A stretch of DNA of 64,000 nucleotides from Haliotis rubra (taxonomy: Eukaryota), in NCBI RefSeq assembly GCF_003918875.1, contig NW_025766747.1, forward strand, positions 930,001-994,000. Direction: 5' to 3'. The position numbers and the translations under genes are program-made. The notes beneath the pieces were generated by a model. The model worked only from the letters and a program-made list of their open reading frames with translations, did no database searches and was not told the DNA's origin. Positions 37,979-52,524 of the stretch are shown here, one piece after another. How positions within the stretch are numbered: the stretch's first letter is position 1; each line of letters starts with the position of its first letter.

Positions 37979-40479
37979 CTTTGGGTTATCCTGGAAGTAG
38001 GGCCTGAGAGGGTTGATTGAAACATGGTGCAAAACCAGCGTTTGTAAAGTGGAGTTTGAAAGATCCTGTAGTGAATACTATTTCACAAAGGACGACAGTC
38101 TTTTTTTTTCAATAATATGATTTGAGTAAATATCACATTGTCTTCTTTCTATAATGAATGTGCGAGTCTTGGATCATTTCGTGTTTGTTTGAGTAAACTG
38201 TTTTGTAGATCATGTGTAAACTCAACTCAACGTTACCGTCCTCCGTAGATCGTAGATGCTATGCATAGCACTGAAACCAATGTGGTGGCCAGGAAAATGA
38301 ACATGTAGACATGATAACAAGAAACTGTAATTGGTTTTGCCTGTCGGAGATATAAACCATACAAGAGATCAGTTGTATGCTCAGTACGATACACATACGT
38401 TATGGTAACGATTATTGGCTTTGGTTGATCCAAGATGGATCTGATATTTGTGAAACTGAACCTGGCTACTTTGATGTAGTAGAAAGTACACGAGATGACG
38501 GAGGACAAGTGTACGTTAATGAGTACAGTGTACATCAGACGCTGCTTATATGTACTCAGTGCTGAAAATTCCCCAAACTTATTTCATCCAGACAACCGGT
38601 CTGGCAACTCTCCTAAGTTACCAGACCGGATAAAATGCTGCCAGTCCAGAAATTTCTGGACTAACAAAAGCAACAGGAAGGTAAATTTGAGGAAGGCACG
38701 CTTGAGTGTCGCCATATTGTCAACTTTAACCAGAGCTCCATACACACGGTCGTAGGCATCGCATGTCTATAGCTTCCTCAGTAATACACTGTTATGAGTG
38801 CAATTCTAAAACGGACTCTAATTGGGTAATTTCGATTACTTGGCCAATGGCAAATGAGGACCGAAACACAATTATTATCTCAGAAAACGTAAGGAAGAAT
38901 AAGGTAACTTCTTACATTAAGTTAGAGTTTACCTCGTATATATTAAAATGGATTGCATTGAATACATTACGCAATAACAACAACAGCCCGACCATCGTGT
39001 GACTCTCCGGGAGCAAAACAGACCTTCGGGCAGGAGGGAATTTCCAACGCTGATATACTCATATTCATGTATCCTGTTTTATTTTCCGGAGACAACACAA
39101 ACTCCATCCTGAAATAACGTTAACCCTTGTAGCTTGTCATTCACCACCAGTGGTACATATGTTCCTTTAACACCAGTCCATCATTATCGGAATTATTCCA
39201 TACTCTGGCGCTATCCTGTATGAGTAGCTGTTATATGTTTACATAAAGAAGTGAATGTATTTAGAAAATGTGAGAGCATAACCGAATATATATATACTTC
39301 TTTATATATGAAGAAGTATAGACCAACATCTGTCTAAAACGTTTTCAATATGCTATGGCCACTTTAATGTGTACATATAGTAAATGCAATGTACATATTC
39401 TAAGGCACAAAAATCAATAAAACAATGTGATCTTGGTATGCATTTGTTTTAAATTATTTCAGTACCCACATACATGGTTAGCTGATATATTCCAAATGTT
39501 CTCTATATTTGTCGATAAAACATTGCAATACATTGACATTGACAATGACAGTACATTTTTACCCCCAAGGGAATTCTTTACATTTGAAAGTGATCACATA
39601 ATTAAAAATTGAAAATGACATAAATGTTAAGATAACACTAACAATATGAATGTACAACATGTTGAGAAAATGAGTAACCTGAGAAGCATTCATTCCTAAT
39701 ATACAGCACACCATCTATCCATGAACATGTAACTGTGTGTACAAAAGCAAAGGTTCCTTTCTATTAATACGATTTATCTTAATAGTCAACCAAATCACAT
39801 AATACCTTAAGGCTGTGAAATAATGGATGTTCAATATGTCTCCTTCGTCATAATTCATGTAAGTGAACTCCTTTATTCTGAGGACCACAGCATTTGGCAA
39901 TAAACCATCAAGAAAGAGTGGGGAGCATTTACTCCTCGGAAACGTTCTGATGGTTCTGTTTATCACTGTGATGGTGGTTGGAGGGATGAAGTACCTGAAT
40001 GTTTCAGAGGGTGGTGTATCTGTTTGCCAGCCTGGCGAGCCCAACAAGGGTAGAGAGGGCAAAAACCCTGATTAGAATTAAGGCGACTATGGGATTCCAA
40101 CATATGATCAGAGGATTCCGTTGGAACTGCTGCTCGTTCAGCTAATTGGTTATGGGTTAACGTAAAAATATCACAAATGTTTTGTTTCACAGTCATATAA
40201 ACATAGTCGACAATTCGGGATTTTATACTGGTTGATGAGAAAATACATTTTCAAAATTAGTACATGTTAGCATATTCCAGACACAGCTCGCTGAACCACA
40301 AATAGACAGTCAAGGCCGATTATCTATTTACATAATATATATCGTCCATGAACACACACACTTTACTTACGCTCCCTCACTTACTTTTATGTTCAGTCAA
40401 CTATCACCTCTCTTACACATACACACATAATAGTGCACGAGGTATCTGGATGAATACTTTGCTTTGAGATATTTTAACG

Positions 40480-40900
40480 TGTGATACTGAAATAACAAAG
40501 GTATTTCAAACTAAGGCTAGGACCTTCCAGTTTAAATTGAGGCACAGAATAGTTTCAACAAAGTCATTTCTATGTAAAATAGGTATTAATCAAGATAATC
40601 TCTGTACTTCATGTGTCAGAGAAACAGAAACCCTTGAGCGCTTAGTCTTTGTATGTGAGAAAACTAAACATCTAATCTCTCAGTTTACAAACTGGTACAA
40701 CTCGCAAGACTGGCGCTTGCCTCAATATTGATATTACTAAGTTTCTACTGGGGGATTCTAAAGCAAGCGTATTAGTAAACCGAATTTTCATTATTACCAA
40801 TGAATACATCAATAAAGCGGATTAAAATGTCAACCAACTCTTCTACCTCATGAAAAAACACACGACCAATTGGAACATATTTCGGGGAAGACCACTCTGA
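40480..40900 (+). mobile_element. Degenerate 3' fragment of an L1/Tx1-type LINE
   Basis: RTFQFKLRHRIVSTKSFLCKIGINQDNLCTSCVRETETLERL..C, the same zf-RVT region as at 26.1-26.8 kb. Confidence 0.75.
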
Positions 40901-42063
40901 ATTTAAACGGAATGGTCATGCCTCTTCCAAGACGACTAAATTACAGACTAGCAAAGTGAGTTTCTCCATTCTGCATCCTTTTTCTTCCCTTTTCTGTCTC
41001 ATTCCCTATCCTCATTTTCTTTAATCGCAAGTTACAAGTCACATATTAATAACAGCATCAAATATTGATCAACTGTAATATGCGTTGTTTATATGCATTA
41101 TCTGTGATGAAATGTGAAATGCTATGTACCGTTATTAGTAATAAAAATAAAAAATAAATTAAAAGAAATAAGAAAGGTAAGTAATAGGAAATTTGAATGG
41201 GAATAGTTGTTTGAATAATACATGTCATTAGAGAATTGTAATGGGTAGGAAACAGGCCGGCGCCTGTTCATATAATTATCAACCTTTATATGCTTCTCCG
41301 AGCATTAGATCTCTCAGACACAATATCTGGTCTCAATGAGTTGTATTGGGTCACCTCGACCGGGATGAGAGTCGACATATCATGCGCCAGTAACGGCCAC
41401 ACTCAGCCAGGCTATTTTCAGCTGGGGGATTCCCATGTAGTTTCCTGGGATTACACTTTCGGTATGACAAGACCGTTAAAATAGGCTATTTCCCGTGTGG
41501 CTGAATGTACGTTACAGAAAGAACAGGCGACATAGTGAAACCCTATCTACTTGATATCTCAGTAGGCTTGTGAGTATGTTTAGAAGTGTGACGGTATTTT
41601 CAGTGTGACCCTTTAACTCATCTTAAATCTGATGTGAAACTTCTGATATACTGATTATACTACTAGTCTATACAGCCACTGTACGACCACCATCAGACTT
41701 GGCCCAAATGGCTGCATGAGAGAGAGAGAGGTAAATAGCCACACAAACAAGGCACTGCACCCTCACAATGGAGTCTTCCGATGAAGAGTTTATAATCGAC
41801 ATACCGCCGGAGCCCTCTGCTGACAGTTGTAACGGCAGGGAACAAGGGCATGGTGACATTGACAACAGTCAAGGAAATCAGAAATTGGGACGCCTTATTT
41901 TCCGAGAGACAATGGGCGCTGATGTTAAAATGATTACAGAAAACTGTGACGTGGTGGATATCAACACAGACCAGGATGCTTTGAACATGTTGTCAGCGGG
42001 AGACAAGATTAAAGGTCAGAGTCTCGCCACGAATGATGTGTTGTTTGTAGTTATTGAGAAGAT

Positions 42064-42065
<2 letters not shown>

Positions 42066-42103
<38 letters not shown>
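42066..42103. repeat. (TA)n microsatellite
   Basis: Seen directly. Confidence 0.95.
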
Positions 42104-42106
<3 letters not shown>

Positions 42107-42879
42107 GCTACCGTTACGAAATTTGTAACGTCATTTTGAAAGAAAAAATCCAAAGGTGAAATCATTTGATGTACATCATTATATATTTGAATATCTAGTT
42201 TTATAACAAATATAACATGGCTAATGAGTTTTGAAATTTTATATTTATTGCTACAAAAGGGCCAACAAGACCACAAATTCCTTTAATTTCTGATTTGCAA
42301 ACAAAGTAATATGGAGTAAAAGATTCAAAATGAGAATATGAATTATTACGCTTTCTTGAAGCTCTACTACCAAACATATTTGCTCTTCAAATTCCAGACA
42401 TAAACAGATAAATCAAATCTAATTAAATAATGAAAATGATAATGTTACTGCATGGACAGTGGCATTAATTGTTACGGTAGTGACACAGTAATGGTAGTGA
42501 CATTTTTTATAATAGCCGGTTTTATATGTTTACTTTAAAAGCTGATTTAATGAAATTGTGAGCTAGATATTTCAGAATGCTTGAAGAATATGTAATAGGC
42601 CAAACATTTACTTGGTGTCCGTGTCATGTAAAACACAGGTAAAGACTGCATGTACGTCAATGACATTGTGACGGTATATAATGTCACTACCGTAACGACC
42701 TTTCAAATGATTTCCCCTCATATCTAACAACAATCAACGTTTAAACCTTTATTACCATACGTTTACAAACACATGTTAAACAGTATGGGGGTATTTATCA
42801 GAAATATATCACATTTAAGACTATGGCTTGAATCAATTTAACAATTACCATGTGTTGATAAACTAATCATGTCTTTTTG

Positions 42880-44680
42880 ACAGACATTATGATGGAAAGA
42901 TATTTACATAGATTTCGTAATTATGGGTTTTACATTATGAGTTTAATTTAGGGCTGACACTTTATAATAGTTAGGATTGTTCACAAAATAATTATTTAGA
43001 TACATATTTCTGGAGGCAGTAAATATATTACATTGAAGTAAATCAATGAAATTCATCTCCGATTTGGGAGGGGCGATGGACAAATTCTTTTTTTTTTTTG
43101 AGGAAATACTTTCCCAGCGACCTGTTTCAATAGGTAATGTATGGTTGGCAGTTTTAAATTTGCTTAAAATATTACAGTGCTTTGTTCCTAATTTACGTTC
43201 TAGTAAAGAAATATCACAATGAGATTTCATACATTTATAGTTAACAGCTTTAGAGGAAGATGTTATTGGGTTGTTAGGCAACTGAAGCGATTGATCTGAA
43301 ATGTTAAGTTGAATAGCATTTTTGAACCAGGAAAAAGGAACTCTATCTTGAGAGTTATATTTATTGGACATACCAATACTATCTGATATGATTTAATTGA
43401 GCTGAGCCATGTATAGTTATGGTTGTATTTCATTGATATAAAGCTGTTAACGTAGAATTTCCTGATACTTTTCTGGACCAGAAACACAGCATGCGCAGTT
43501 TGGTTTTATCAACAAGAGGTAGTCTCCCTGCTTCACGATACAACATATATGTTGGGGCACTGCGTCTTAGGTTTAAAATATATCTAATAAAATCACTTTG
43601 AATCCTAAGACCCTTTCAATTGCTTTTACATTTTCAAATCCCCAAATTTCGCTCCCATAGAATCAAATAAATACCATAAATAAAACATAAATTTTATAGA
43701 CATATCAGTATTTCTTTAACGCTTGTACAACAAATGCATTGCTTTATTTGCCTAGGTAATATGAGATTTTATGGCATTTCAATAAAAACGATTGTTACCA
43801 AAAACAAAACCAAGGTATTTATATTGGTTTACACGCTCGATGCTATCTTGGTGAATCATAAAATTATAATTTCCTGTCGGGTTCTTCTCATCGTGGTCAA
43901 TTGAGTATTTATGGATACTTTGTTTTTAAACAATAGTGGTAAAAACAATCTAACGAATTTTGTACTTCTTCTGGATCATCTGATAATATGACAGTATCGT
44001 CAGCATATAGTCGAACAAATATGTATATATCATTATCATCGTGTGTAACTGTAACACCGTCAAAATTATTTCTAAGAAACGAATTTTCTAAATCATTTAA
44101 GTACAGTGCAAATAGTATGGGGGATACATTTTATCCTTGTCGTACACCATTTTTGCAATAAAAATACTGGAAGTGTTGGCCATTGTGTTCTACGCAGAAT
44201 TTAATACCTTGGTACATCGATTTGATTACATTGAATATATTACCATTAATATTGTACCATTAATATTTATTATCCAGCAGTACCTTCGTGTTTTCTACAG
44301 AAGGGGTAAGTCTATTGTTGATAATAGACGTAAACAGCTGACTGATACAACTTAAGAGCGTCTTGGTCACCTTTACTTTCAAATATAGGTTTTATACTGC
44401 CCACTAGCCACTTATCATGAAACACACCCGACTGTAGGACAATATTAAACGGCTTTCCATACATGGGGACAAGTATACATTTCCAAGACTTTATATATTC
44501 ATTATACACATTCTCAAAACAGGCTTTGTCATTTTTAAGATCGTCTATTGCTTTTGATATCTCTTTTTGATATCTACAGCCTCGCCAGTGCCGTCGTTTA
44601 TATCCTTGAAGTAAGCAAACAGCTTGTCAAGAGTAATTTGTTCATCTTCAGCTTTTTTCGATAACGAATTTCCTTGCTAA
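42880..44680 (-). mobile_element. Decayed LINE reverse transcriptase (CR1/L2 group) in gene 3 intron 1
   Basis: Minus-strand LYADDTVI (near 43985-44010), FHDKWLVGSIKPIF, KYLG and KFKTANHTLPIETGRW, with many frameshifts. Confidence 0.8.
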
Positions 44681-45649
44681 ATGATATTTTTTGTAACTTT
44701 TTTTTAGTTGATGCTGATCGACAAGATATCTATGTCGGTTAAATGGTGCTTCTCATTACAGATGCCCATCCTGTTGTGACACTGACTTGGGCTTGTCTGA
44801 CAAACACGCCACGTTCCTTCTGCCAAGTCCACCTTCATGCAGGATCGAAAACCATGAATGCGGACATTATCCTTGGCTTAATTGGGAACAATTACAGACA
44901 TCTGCGGGGACTAACAGAAAAGATTCACTCAGACTACCGAGCAAGAGTAACATACGTACAGGATAGCCCGTTTGGCTTTGGGCTAGCTCATGAGAGTGCT
45001 GTAAGCTTGGATGAAATTGGGAGGGTGATAGAAGACTTGGAACGAGATGTCCAAAGTGTCTTATCTGCTTGTGCAAACAGAGACATTTCACTGGAACTAA
45101 GTTTAGACCTCAGTGATGCAGCTGATACAACTTATGATGAACGCAATACTGGGGCAGACAATACTCCAGTACCCATACAGACAGCAAACCTAGCACCTTC
45201 TGGTGGTGCCCCGGTTTTGGCAAACACAGCTGACAACGTTGATGAAACCGGGTATGTTGTGTACATTTTGTTGTCAGTCACGGCTTATTAAACATGTAAA
45301 AGCGTTATGCCTATTTATCTGGTGCTACTAGGCTGATCAGGCACGATGTTCAGTGTCAACTTATAAGCCCATTGACAATTCCATAAGTAATTCCATTCGT
45401 TAACATTTGATGTTTAAGGTGTGCGAATGAAGCTGGAAACCGGAGTACAGTGGTTAATTCACTGGACGACAATGGTAACCCTTGACTTTTTAAAATTAAA
45501 TTCTAATTTATGAAATGATTTGAATGTGAATGTAGATTTAAAGTAAGTAATAGTATTGTACATACAATGCAAATTTCGGGTCGTCCCTATTCCAAGTTTA
45601 ACATGCTAATGTCTTCGGTGAACGATGTCAGTAAACCTCTCCTGCATGG

Positions 45650-45894
45650 ACCCGTGAAGGTGCGGGTTAGAATGAACCTTCAGTAACCCATGCTTGTCGT
45701 AAGAGGCGACTAACGGGATCTGGGGTCAGGCTCTCTGGCTTGGCTGACATATGTCATCGGTTCCCAATTGCGCAGATCGATGCTCATGCTGTTGATCATT
45801 GGATTGTCTGGTCCAGACTCGATTATTTACAGACCGCCGCCATATAGCTGGAATATTGTTGAGGGCGGCGTAAAACTAAACTCACTCACTCACT
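45650..45894 (+). mobile_element. SINE-like family A
   Basis: Full-length copy ending in (TCAC)n. Confidence 0.9.
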
Positions 45895-46820
45895 CTGAAT
45901 GAATGTAAACATTGCTTACACACGACCGATCTATGCGTATTGCAGACTGTCAGACAGAGAGGAAGTTTGATGATATCGAGGAAAATCTGAAGGCTCAAAG
46001 AAGCGTCATTGAGGCGAAGTTTGAAGAACAGCGATCCCAGAACGAGGAGATTAACACCACGCTGAAAACGCTCATGTCCTTCGTGCAGCAGAAAATAAGC
46101 ACAAAACAGCCAGAGAAAGGCGCCGCTGAGACCTCACATCCGTCTGGGTCGCCTAATTTGGACACTGACGGTGACACTCATCTGGCATCTACCTCAGAGG
46201 GAGGTCAACCTGACAGTGGTGGAAGAAAGGAGGACATTGTCGCCATGGCTCATGTAACTAACTCTGTAGGCCCAGTGAATGTACGCGGAAGCCAAATGGA
46301 ACCCGAGATTGATACGCTGGAACAGTTGGGCCAAAATCAGGAAACAACAAGAGGATACTGACCAAGAAAGCATTGCCCGTCAACACATGGTACAAGAAAC
46401 CAAGAGAACATGGAAAACCCGTCAAGTGATAGTCGTTTGAAGCTGGATGACAAACTGTCGAAGAATGGAGTTGGAAATCCTTTGTCGAATGTAAAATTAT
46501 CTGAGGTGCAACGTCAGGAAGGTCAATGGAATCCTGAGGACTGTATGTATGACGTCCTTTTCCACAGACAAGCACCACTATCGACTTCCGGGAAACCGGA
46601 GAAACAGCAGAAACCTTCATCAACTACTGATGTAAAACGGTGAGATCCTGGGGTATATATATGGTAAGGCATTTAGTACGAATATATTAATGATGAATGA
46701 ATGGGTATATCTGGAAATAACATGCTTTTTGTTGCATCAATATACTAACCAAAACAACTATGATATGATATGTGGTTATTTGTTAAACTTCGTTCTCTCA
46801 ACCATTTAAATTTATCTTAA

Positions 46821-47329
46821 AGGCACAATGTCACACCACATGTCTATTTAAATACACAATGCATTTCTCCCAATAATACTAACAATCAGCCCTCACTGAA
46901 GCTACCATATAATTTATTCCCTAAAATTACGTATTTAGATTACAATATTAAATTTAAATGCTCGAATGAATTAATGCAACGTTGCATTAAATCGACTCTT
47001 GCGCCCTCTACCAGCCGAACATTATTTGAAGCGAACCCTATAGAGTTATGTCCCTTAGGAATCCCTTTACGAATATCCTACGCATAACTTGTGATTGAAA
47101 ACCAGTTTGGCAAACACCGACAGCACCTAGTGCAACAGTTACATTCCATATATGGCAAGTGTTTCTGTTTGGAAGCTGTTCGCCTCGAAGGTTCACATTA
47201 TCGATTTCAAGCAAGTCGTAAGGCATAATAAGTATTTTATTGCACCAACAGGAAGCTAAGTGAGTGCTTATGCCCCCAATATATACAATATAGGCCACAA
47301 TATTGTTAAAAATGTGTGACATTGTGCCT
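46821..47329. mobile_element. Non-autonomous DNA transposon, Kolobok-like
   Basis: TTAA + AGGCACAATGTCACAC ... GTGTGACATTGTGCCT + TTAA: 16-bp perfect TIR, TTAA duplication, AG...CT termini. Confidence 0.75.
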
Positions 47330-50300
47330 TTAAGACCTATGCATTTTACCCCAGTCAAGAGATGCCCGGGCCAAGCCAAGGCGCAGCAGATGGTTACAGA
47401 CTTAACCCAAAGTTAATGGCTGCGACGCACGGAAGGGACCTTATGCCAACTCATGACAATAAAGCTGGTGTTTCTGGGTAGGTTAATTCCTCTAATGCAT
47501 GGAATATATTGCTCTGAAAATTATGTTTTCAGTGAAAAATAATGCAATAGCTAAGGTTGTGCATGCAATAGCTAACCTTACATGTTTCCCATGGATTTTA
47601 AATGTACATGTACACTCTCTTATTACAGAAACAGCAGACCACAACCACAACCACAACCACAACATCGTCCACCTCAGATTCAAGGACATGAAAGACGTAA
47701 GAAAATTTCATGCATCCTCCTCTTGTGTAAGTCACTCGTGAACTTTGATTGAATATCAGAACATACGAAGGCTGATGGTTGACAAACAGACACACTGAAG
47801 GTAACGCAATACTGCTTTGTTAATTACAGAACAAGCACGGAATTTCTTGAAGGTTCATGGAGTACACGGCTCATCCCCAGAAGTACAACGTTTGATCAAA
47901 ACAGTTGAGCTGGCAATGATCGACGGTACGGCCATGTACATGAATATTCATACACGTCAATATTGTTAAACTTTCATTGGTATAATGTTAGAGTTCCTCG
48001 AATGGTTCATATCTAAATAAACTCGTCTTTGTTTTATTCTGGTAAATTCAACTGAAAATTTGTCAACAAAAAAAAACTCAGAGCTGTTGAAATTAGTGTC
48101 ATAAAGCTGTGGTCAATTTTTGCCGATTAGCGTTTCAGTGATGTAAAAGTGAATAGAATATTTGTTTATATCTTTTAAGGTGGATTTACAGGCCGTTATA
48201 TGTTTGCAGACCAAGCATATGTAATGCCTATTTCATAAACTTTCGCTTATATATTCCCGCAGAGATACCAATGCCCCCAAAGACCAAAGCCCTCGACACG
48301 ATCCTTTGTCTGGACACTTCAAACAGTATGGGACAGAAAGGACTTAAAGAAATGAAGACCATTGCTTTATCATTTATTGACGGTATGCAGACTCTGATCA
48401 GTGTCAGTATGATACATATGTGTGAATACCTAACGGAAATACAAATAAACCAAATACCACGTATTGTTTCAGCCCTGGATGATATTGCCGCGAAGCACGA
48501 AATCGAGGAGAATATTGCTGTTGTAACTTTCGGAGGACGTTCAAAAATCGAACACCATTTGAGCAATGACTATTCCAGTATCAGAGACAAAATTGGTAAG
48601 ATATACACGATATACGAAATCATTACAGAATGCTTACTGAAACAGCTGTTAAAATTAATGTCTGTAAGAATTGTCGTAAACCAATCAAAGTAGATGTGCC
48701 TTCAAATATTTCTCTCTTAGATAAACTTCAACTTGGCGGTCGGTCACCACTATTTGAAGCACTTCTGGTGTGTCTCTGCGCCATAAATGGACGAGGTATG
48801 TATGTTACAAAATACTTACACAATTTGTGTACACTTTATTTGTGTACGTCTGAAGTGTCACAGTCATCTGATTAGTGTATGTGTGTAGACTCAGGGTGTC
48901 GTGACAGCTATCACTAAAACCATAGTCACCTTTTTGTGCGTAGATGATCTCATCATCTCGTGTCCAAATTATCAGATTAGTGTGTTGATGTGGTTGTGTT
49001 ATCACGTGAGTAGTTTATAGATGTAATATTATCACTTGATTAGTGTATGGATGTAGACATTGCGTCATTGGATACGCTTATTGGTGTTGTACAATAGACA
49101 GGCCAATGTATCGTTGAGTCTATGATTTTCAGGGGGTGCGCTGAGCATCTCTGGCGTCCACCGTCTTCAGCCCCGGGTCATCATAATCACAGACGGGAAG
49201 GCCTCCGATGAATCTAAGGATTGTGCAGGTGATGTGGACAACGTCGATGACAACGTAAGGGAGTCCATATAGCTGTGTCAGGACTTTCATTTCTTTCTTA
49301 CCACAGAGATCTCCTTTTTGATGTTTTTTAAAAGAAATCATAACACATTAATATAAGCTATCACGCTTTCCATAACACTGTCCAATGCTGCTCGTAGTAT
49401 AATTGTATAATTTCGCTCTGCTCTCATTTACCAAGATGAACTGATACAACAAACATTGATAATCTCTTTATAAGGTCAAGTTGCGCATCATTCAGTTGAT
49501 GCAAGAATTTACGGACAAGAAGAATCAAACAACGTTTCCCAGGCCTTTGGTGTGGATTCCGGCAGGAAATGCCGATACGGTACGTGCCGTGTCCTGGCAA
49601 GTCAGCAAAAACGAGGTTGGAAACTTATGCATTTGACTCAGAGCCACATAGACGTCACACAAATAATTCACGCGTATTACGTACCCGTTTTGTGCATGCC
49701 ATCTCACATCAGACGGATATGATTGTAACGATCATATTGGTACCCAGAAAGGTCAGACCTGAAAATGCATGTCATGATGTCATTTCAGGGATTCCTGAAG
49801 TCGCTGGCAACTATGGGCAAAGGGCACTACATGGAGGGTGGTCTCTCTGTTGTACCGAGACTGAGTCAGTACCAGCGAATACAGGTAACAGGATCCGCAG
49901 TTCAATGTTTCTCATACTATAACGGGAAGTTACAAGATACACTTTTCTCAGGTTTACTTGTACTCTTGGTGTTAAGCAATACGTTTACTCAAAAACCTCC
50001 TGAGATCGATGCACTGTATATGTATAGGCACATTATAAGTTGTTTATTGGTCATGAGGGGGACATGGGTCCAGTGAACAACGTATTTATCTTACCGAACA
50101 CCTCAATGTTAATTTTAAACTCTTGAAGCATGGGCGTCGGATCATAATAAGGAGTACCAGAGTTAGGCAATTAGCCAATACCGACAACAGCCAAAACAGT
50201 AAGTATTCACTTCGGCATTCCCAGCGGGTAACATAGATACAGGCTTGTTAGCGGGGAACACTGAAAATAATAGAAGAACGCTCAGCCAATCTTATATGTG

Positions 50301-50822
50301 AGGTAAGATAATTGGAATTGACATGGTTCCTATAGCACTGACATGCCTGCGTTTATGCAAACTGTTCAGCTATACTAACATCATCGAAATATACTGGACA
50401 GAAATAGTTAGGGATATATGTAAATTTTGAAATTATGAATAATGATCTATTTATACATGGACACACTGATACAATATCAATCATAAAAATACCAATATCC
50501 CTCAATTATTTTGTCCTGTATATATACATAAGACTCATGACAATACTCGTATGATAGTATGCCTGCGTCTGCATCGGTTTGTATGACTGTTCAGGAAGCT
50601 GTGGGCAAGGTGTTCGTGTGTCTCCAAAGACAGATTGGTCCTGAGTCAGGAGACATTCGTCAGGACATCGAGACGATTATGGGGGCACTGGTTGGAGACA
50701 TGGAGGAGGAGTACAAGGTATGTGAGGCGCGCACATTTAGTCCGTTATAATTAGTTCTATTCCCGCCTAAATGGCATTCTGAAAACCATAGCATTTAGTC
50801 TCAGAGGTCCAACACCTTCCAG

Positions 50823-50929
50823 AGCCCCGTTCCTCAAAGCGATCGTAGCGCAAAGTTGATCGTAACTCCCATACTTTAACATAGACTTGCGACTGTTGTA
50901 GCGCTACGATCGCTTTGAGGAACGGGGCC
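50823..50929. mobile_element. Palindromic MITE, PIF/Harbinger-like
   Basis: GCCCCGTTCCTCAAAGCGATCGTAGCG ... CGCTACGATCGCTTTGAGGAACGGGGC with a CAG duplication. Confidence 0.75.
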
Positions 50930-52206
50930 CAGAACGTTTCAATCTTGAAATAATGTACATCGAGAAGCTCTGCTATATTGCATCATGCACTCGCTGAATT
51001 CACGCAACTTTGTATTGTAACCGCTTTGCAGGCCGAGGTTATTGACAGTGTCATGGCTAAGCTTGAAGGAAAAGAAGGATATGGGAACGAAGACCAGGGC
51101 GCTGATGGGTTTGACAATATAGATGAAGTGGATGGCCTACCTCCCTTAGGGACTAGGGTGACCAGGGGTCCGGACTGGCACTGGGGAAACCAAGACACTG
51201 AAGGCCCGGGCACAATCATCAACCATTATGAAGGAGGAGGACGACATGGGGGAGGAAAACGTAATTATCATTTGTATTACCTTTGAAAGTAGATACATAA
51301 TACTGAGAACCCGATAACTGTGACTTTATGTTGTCGTCTTGAAATGGTAATTGAACATTGCATTTACAAAAGGGACATTAATTCATGAACAATGATTCGA
51401 ACATGCCCATGTCACAGCCAGGGTGATACGTGGTTTCCAACCCTCGGACACATGTTGTACAGTACGCCAGTGATGTTTCTGTTTAGATTTACTGTATGTC
51501 CAGTGGGACAATGGGATTTACAACCAGTATAGGTATGGTTTGGACGGGGAATACGACGTGTGGCCAGCCCCTGATCAACCCAGACTAATTGCATCGGACA
51601 TGCTTATTGATGTGGGTTGTGAAGTCACGAGAGGTAAGTGTGAAGATGTATTAACATCAAGTAGGGACCATTTATTCATGGAACATAAGTTAATGTTTCC
51701 AGCTGAAAAATAGATGTGAGAAAGCTTCGTGAAACACTTAAATGAACAAACAATTATGCCACACCTTAAAAACTGCATTTTATGATTATTGGCACGGACC
51801 CATGAGCTGTTTGTGCATTTTAAATGAATGCTGTAATTATCTGATATGTTTAATATCGTTTTGAAATACTAAAAACAATCACTCTTTGTGCAGGGCATGA
51901 TTGGAAGGACGACTACGGATGCCAGGATGGAGGACCTGGTTGTGTGGGTGTTGTCATCAGAAAGAATGAACATGGGATGGTAAAGGTAAGGGGAATTGAC
52001 TACAGGCGATATCTCTGTCTAAGCGAATTCCTTCTTCAAGTTGATTGAAACCAACATAACGACCTCCATTGTATCTCACCAGGTTCGCTGGAAACAGACC
52101 TGTTACATAGGCGCATACAGATATGGTGCTGACGGGAAACTGGACCTCAGTGTTAGGTATTGTTCCTCTAACTACTTCCTTCACTATCTTGCAAGTACAC
52201 AGGTTA

Positions 52207-52524
52207 CATGTTGTTCAGCTTGACCTCATCAAGTGAATACTAATGCATTGCGTGACCGTGTCACAACTGGTTGAGTCTATTATTGTGAAGGGGTGCACAT
52301 TTGTCAGTTTATTGTCAACATGTCCGAACAGCCGATGTCCGAAAAAACATGTCTTTCTTTTAAAAAGAAGCTACAGATGGTTTACGTTCAATCATGCATG
52401 CATGCTTCGCAAAACGCTCGGCTCCATTATTTTTTTAATGAAGTTAAGTCGACCTGCCTTTTGTACCATTTGACCTCCCGGCTCATGCATATGTAGAGTA
52501 GCTCAGGTCAAGCTGAACAAGCTG
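52207..52524. mobile_element. MITE with TA target duplication (Tc1/mariner-like)
   Basis: TA + CATGTTGTTCAGCTTGACCT ... AGGTCAAGCTGAACAAGCTG + TA. Confidence 0.65.

Noticed and set aside
46359-46361. Selenocysteine interpretation of the in-frame TGA
   Set aside because: It lies in a non-conserved disordered linker with no Cys in the paralogues, and I saw no SECIS-like hairpin after the gene.
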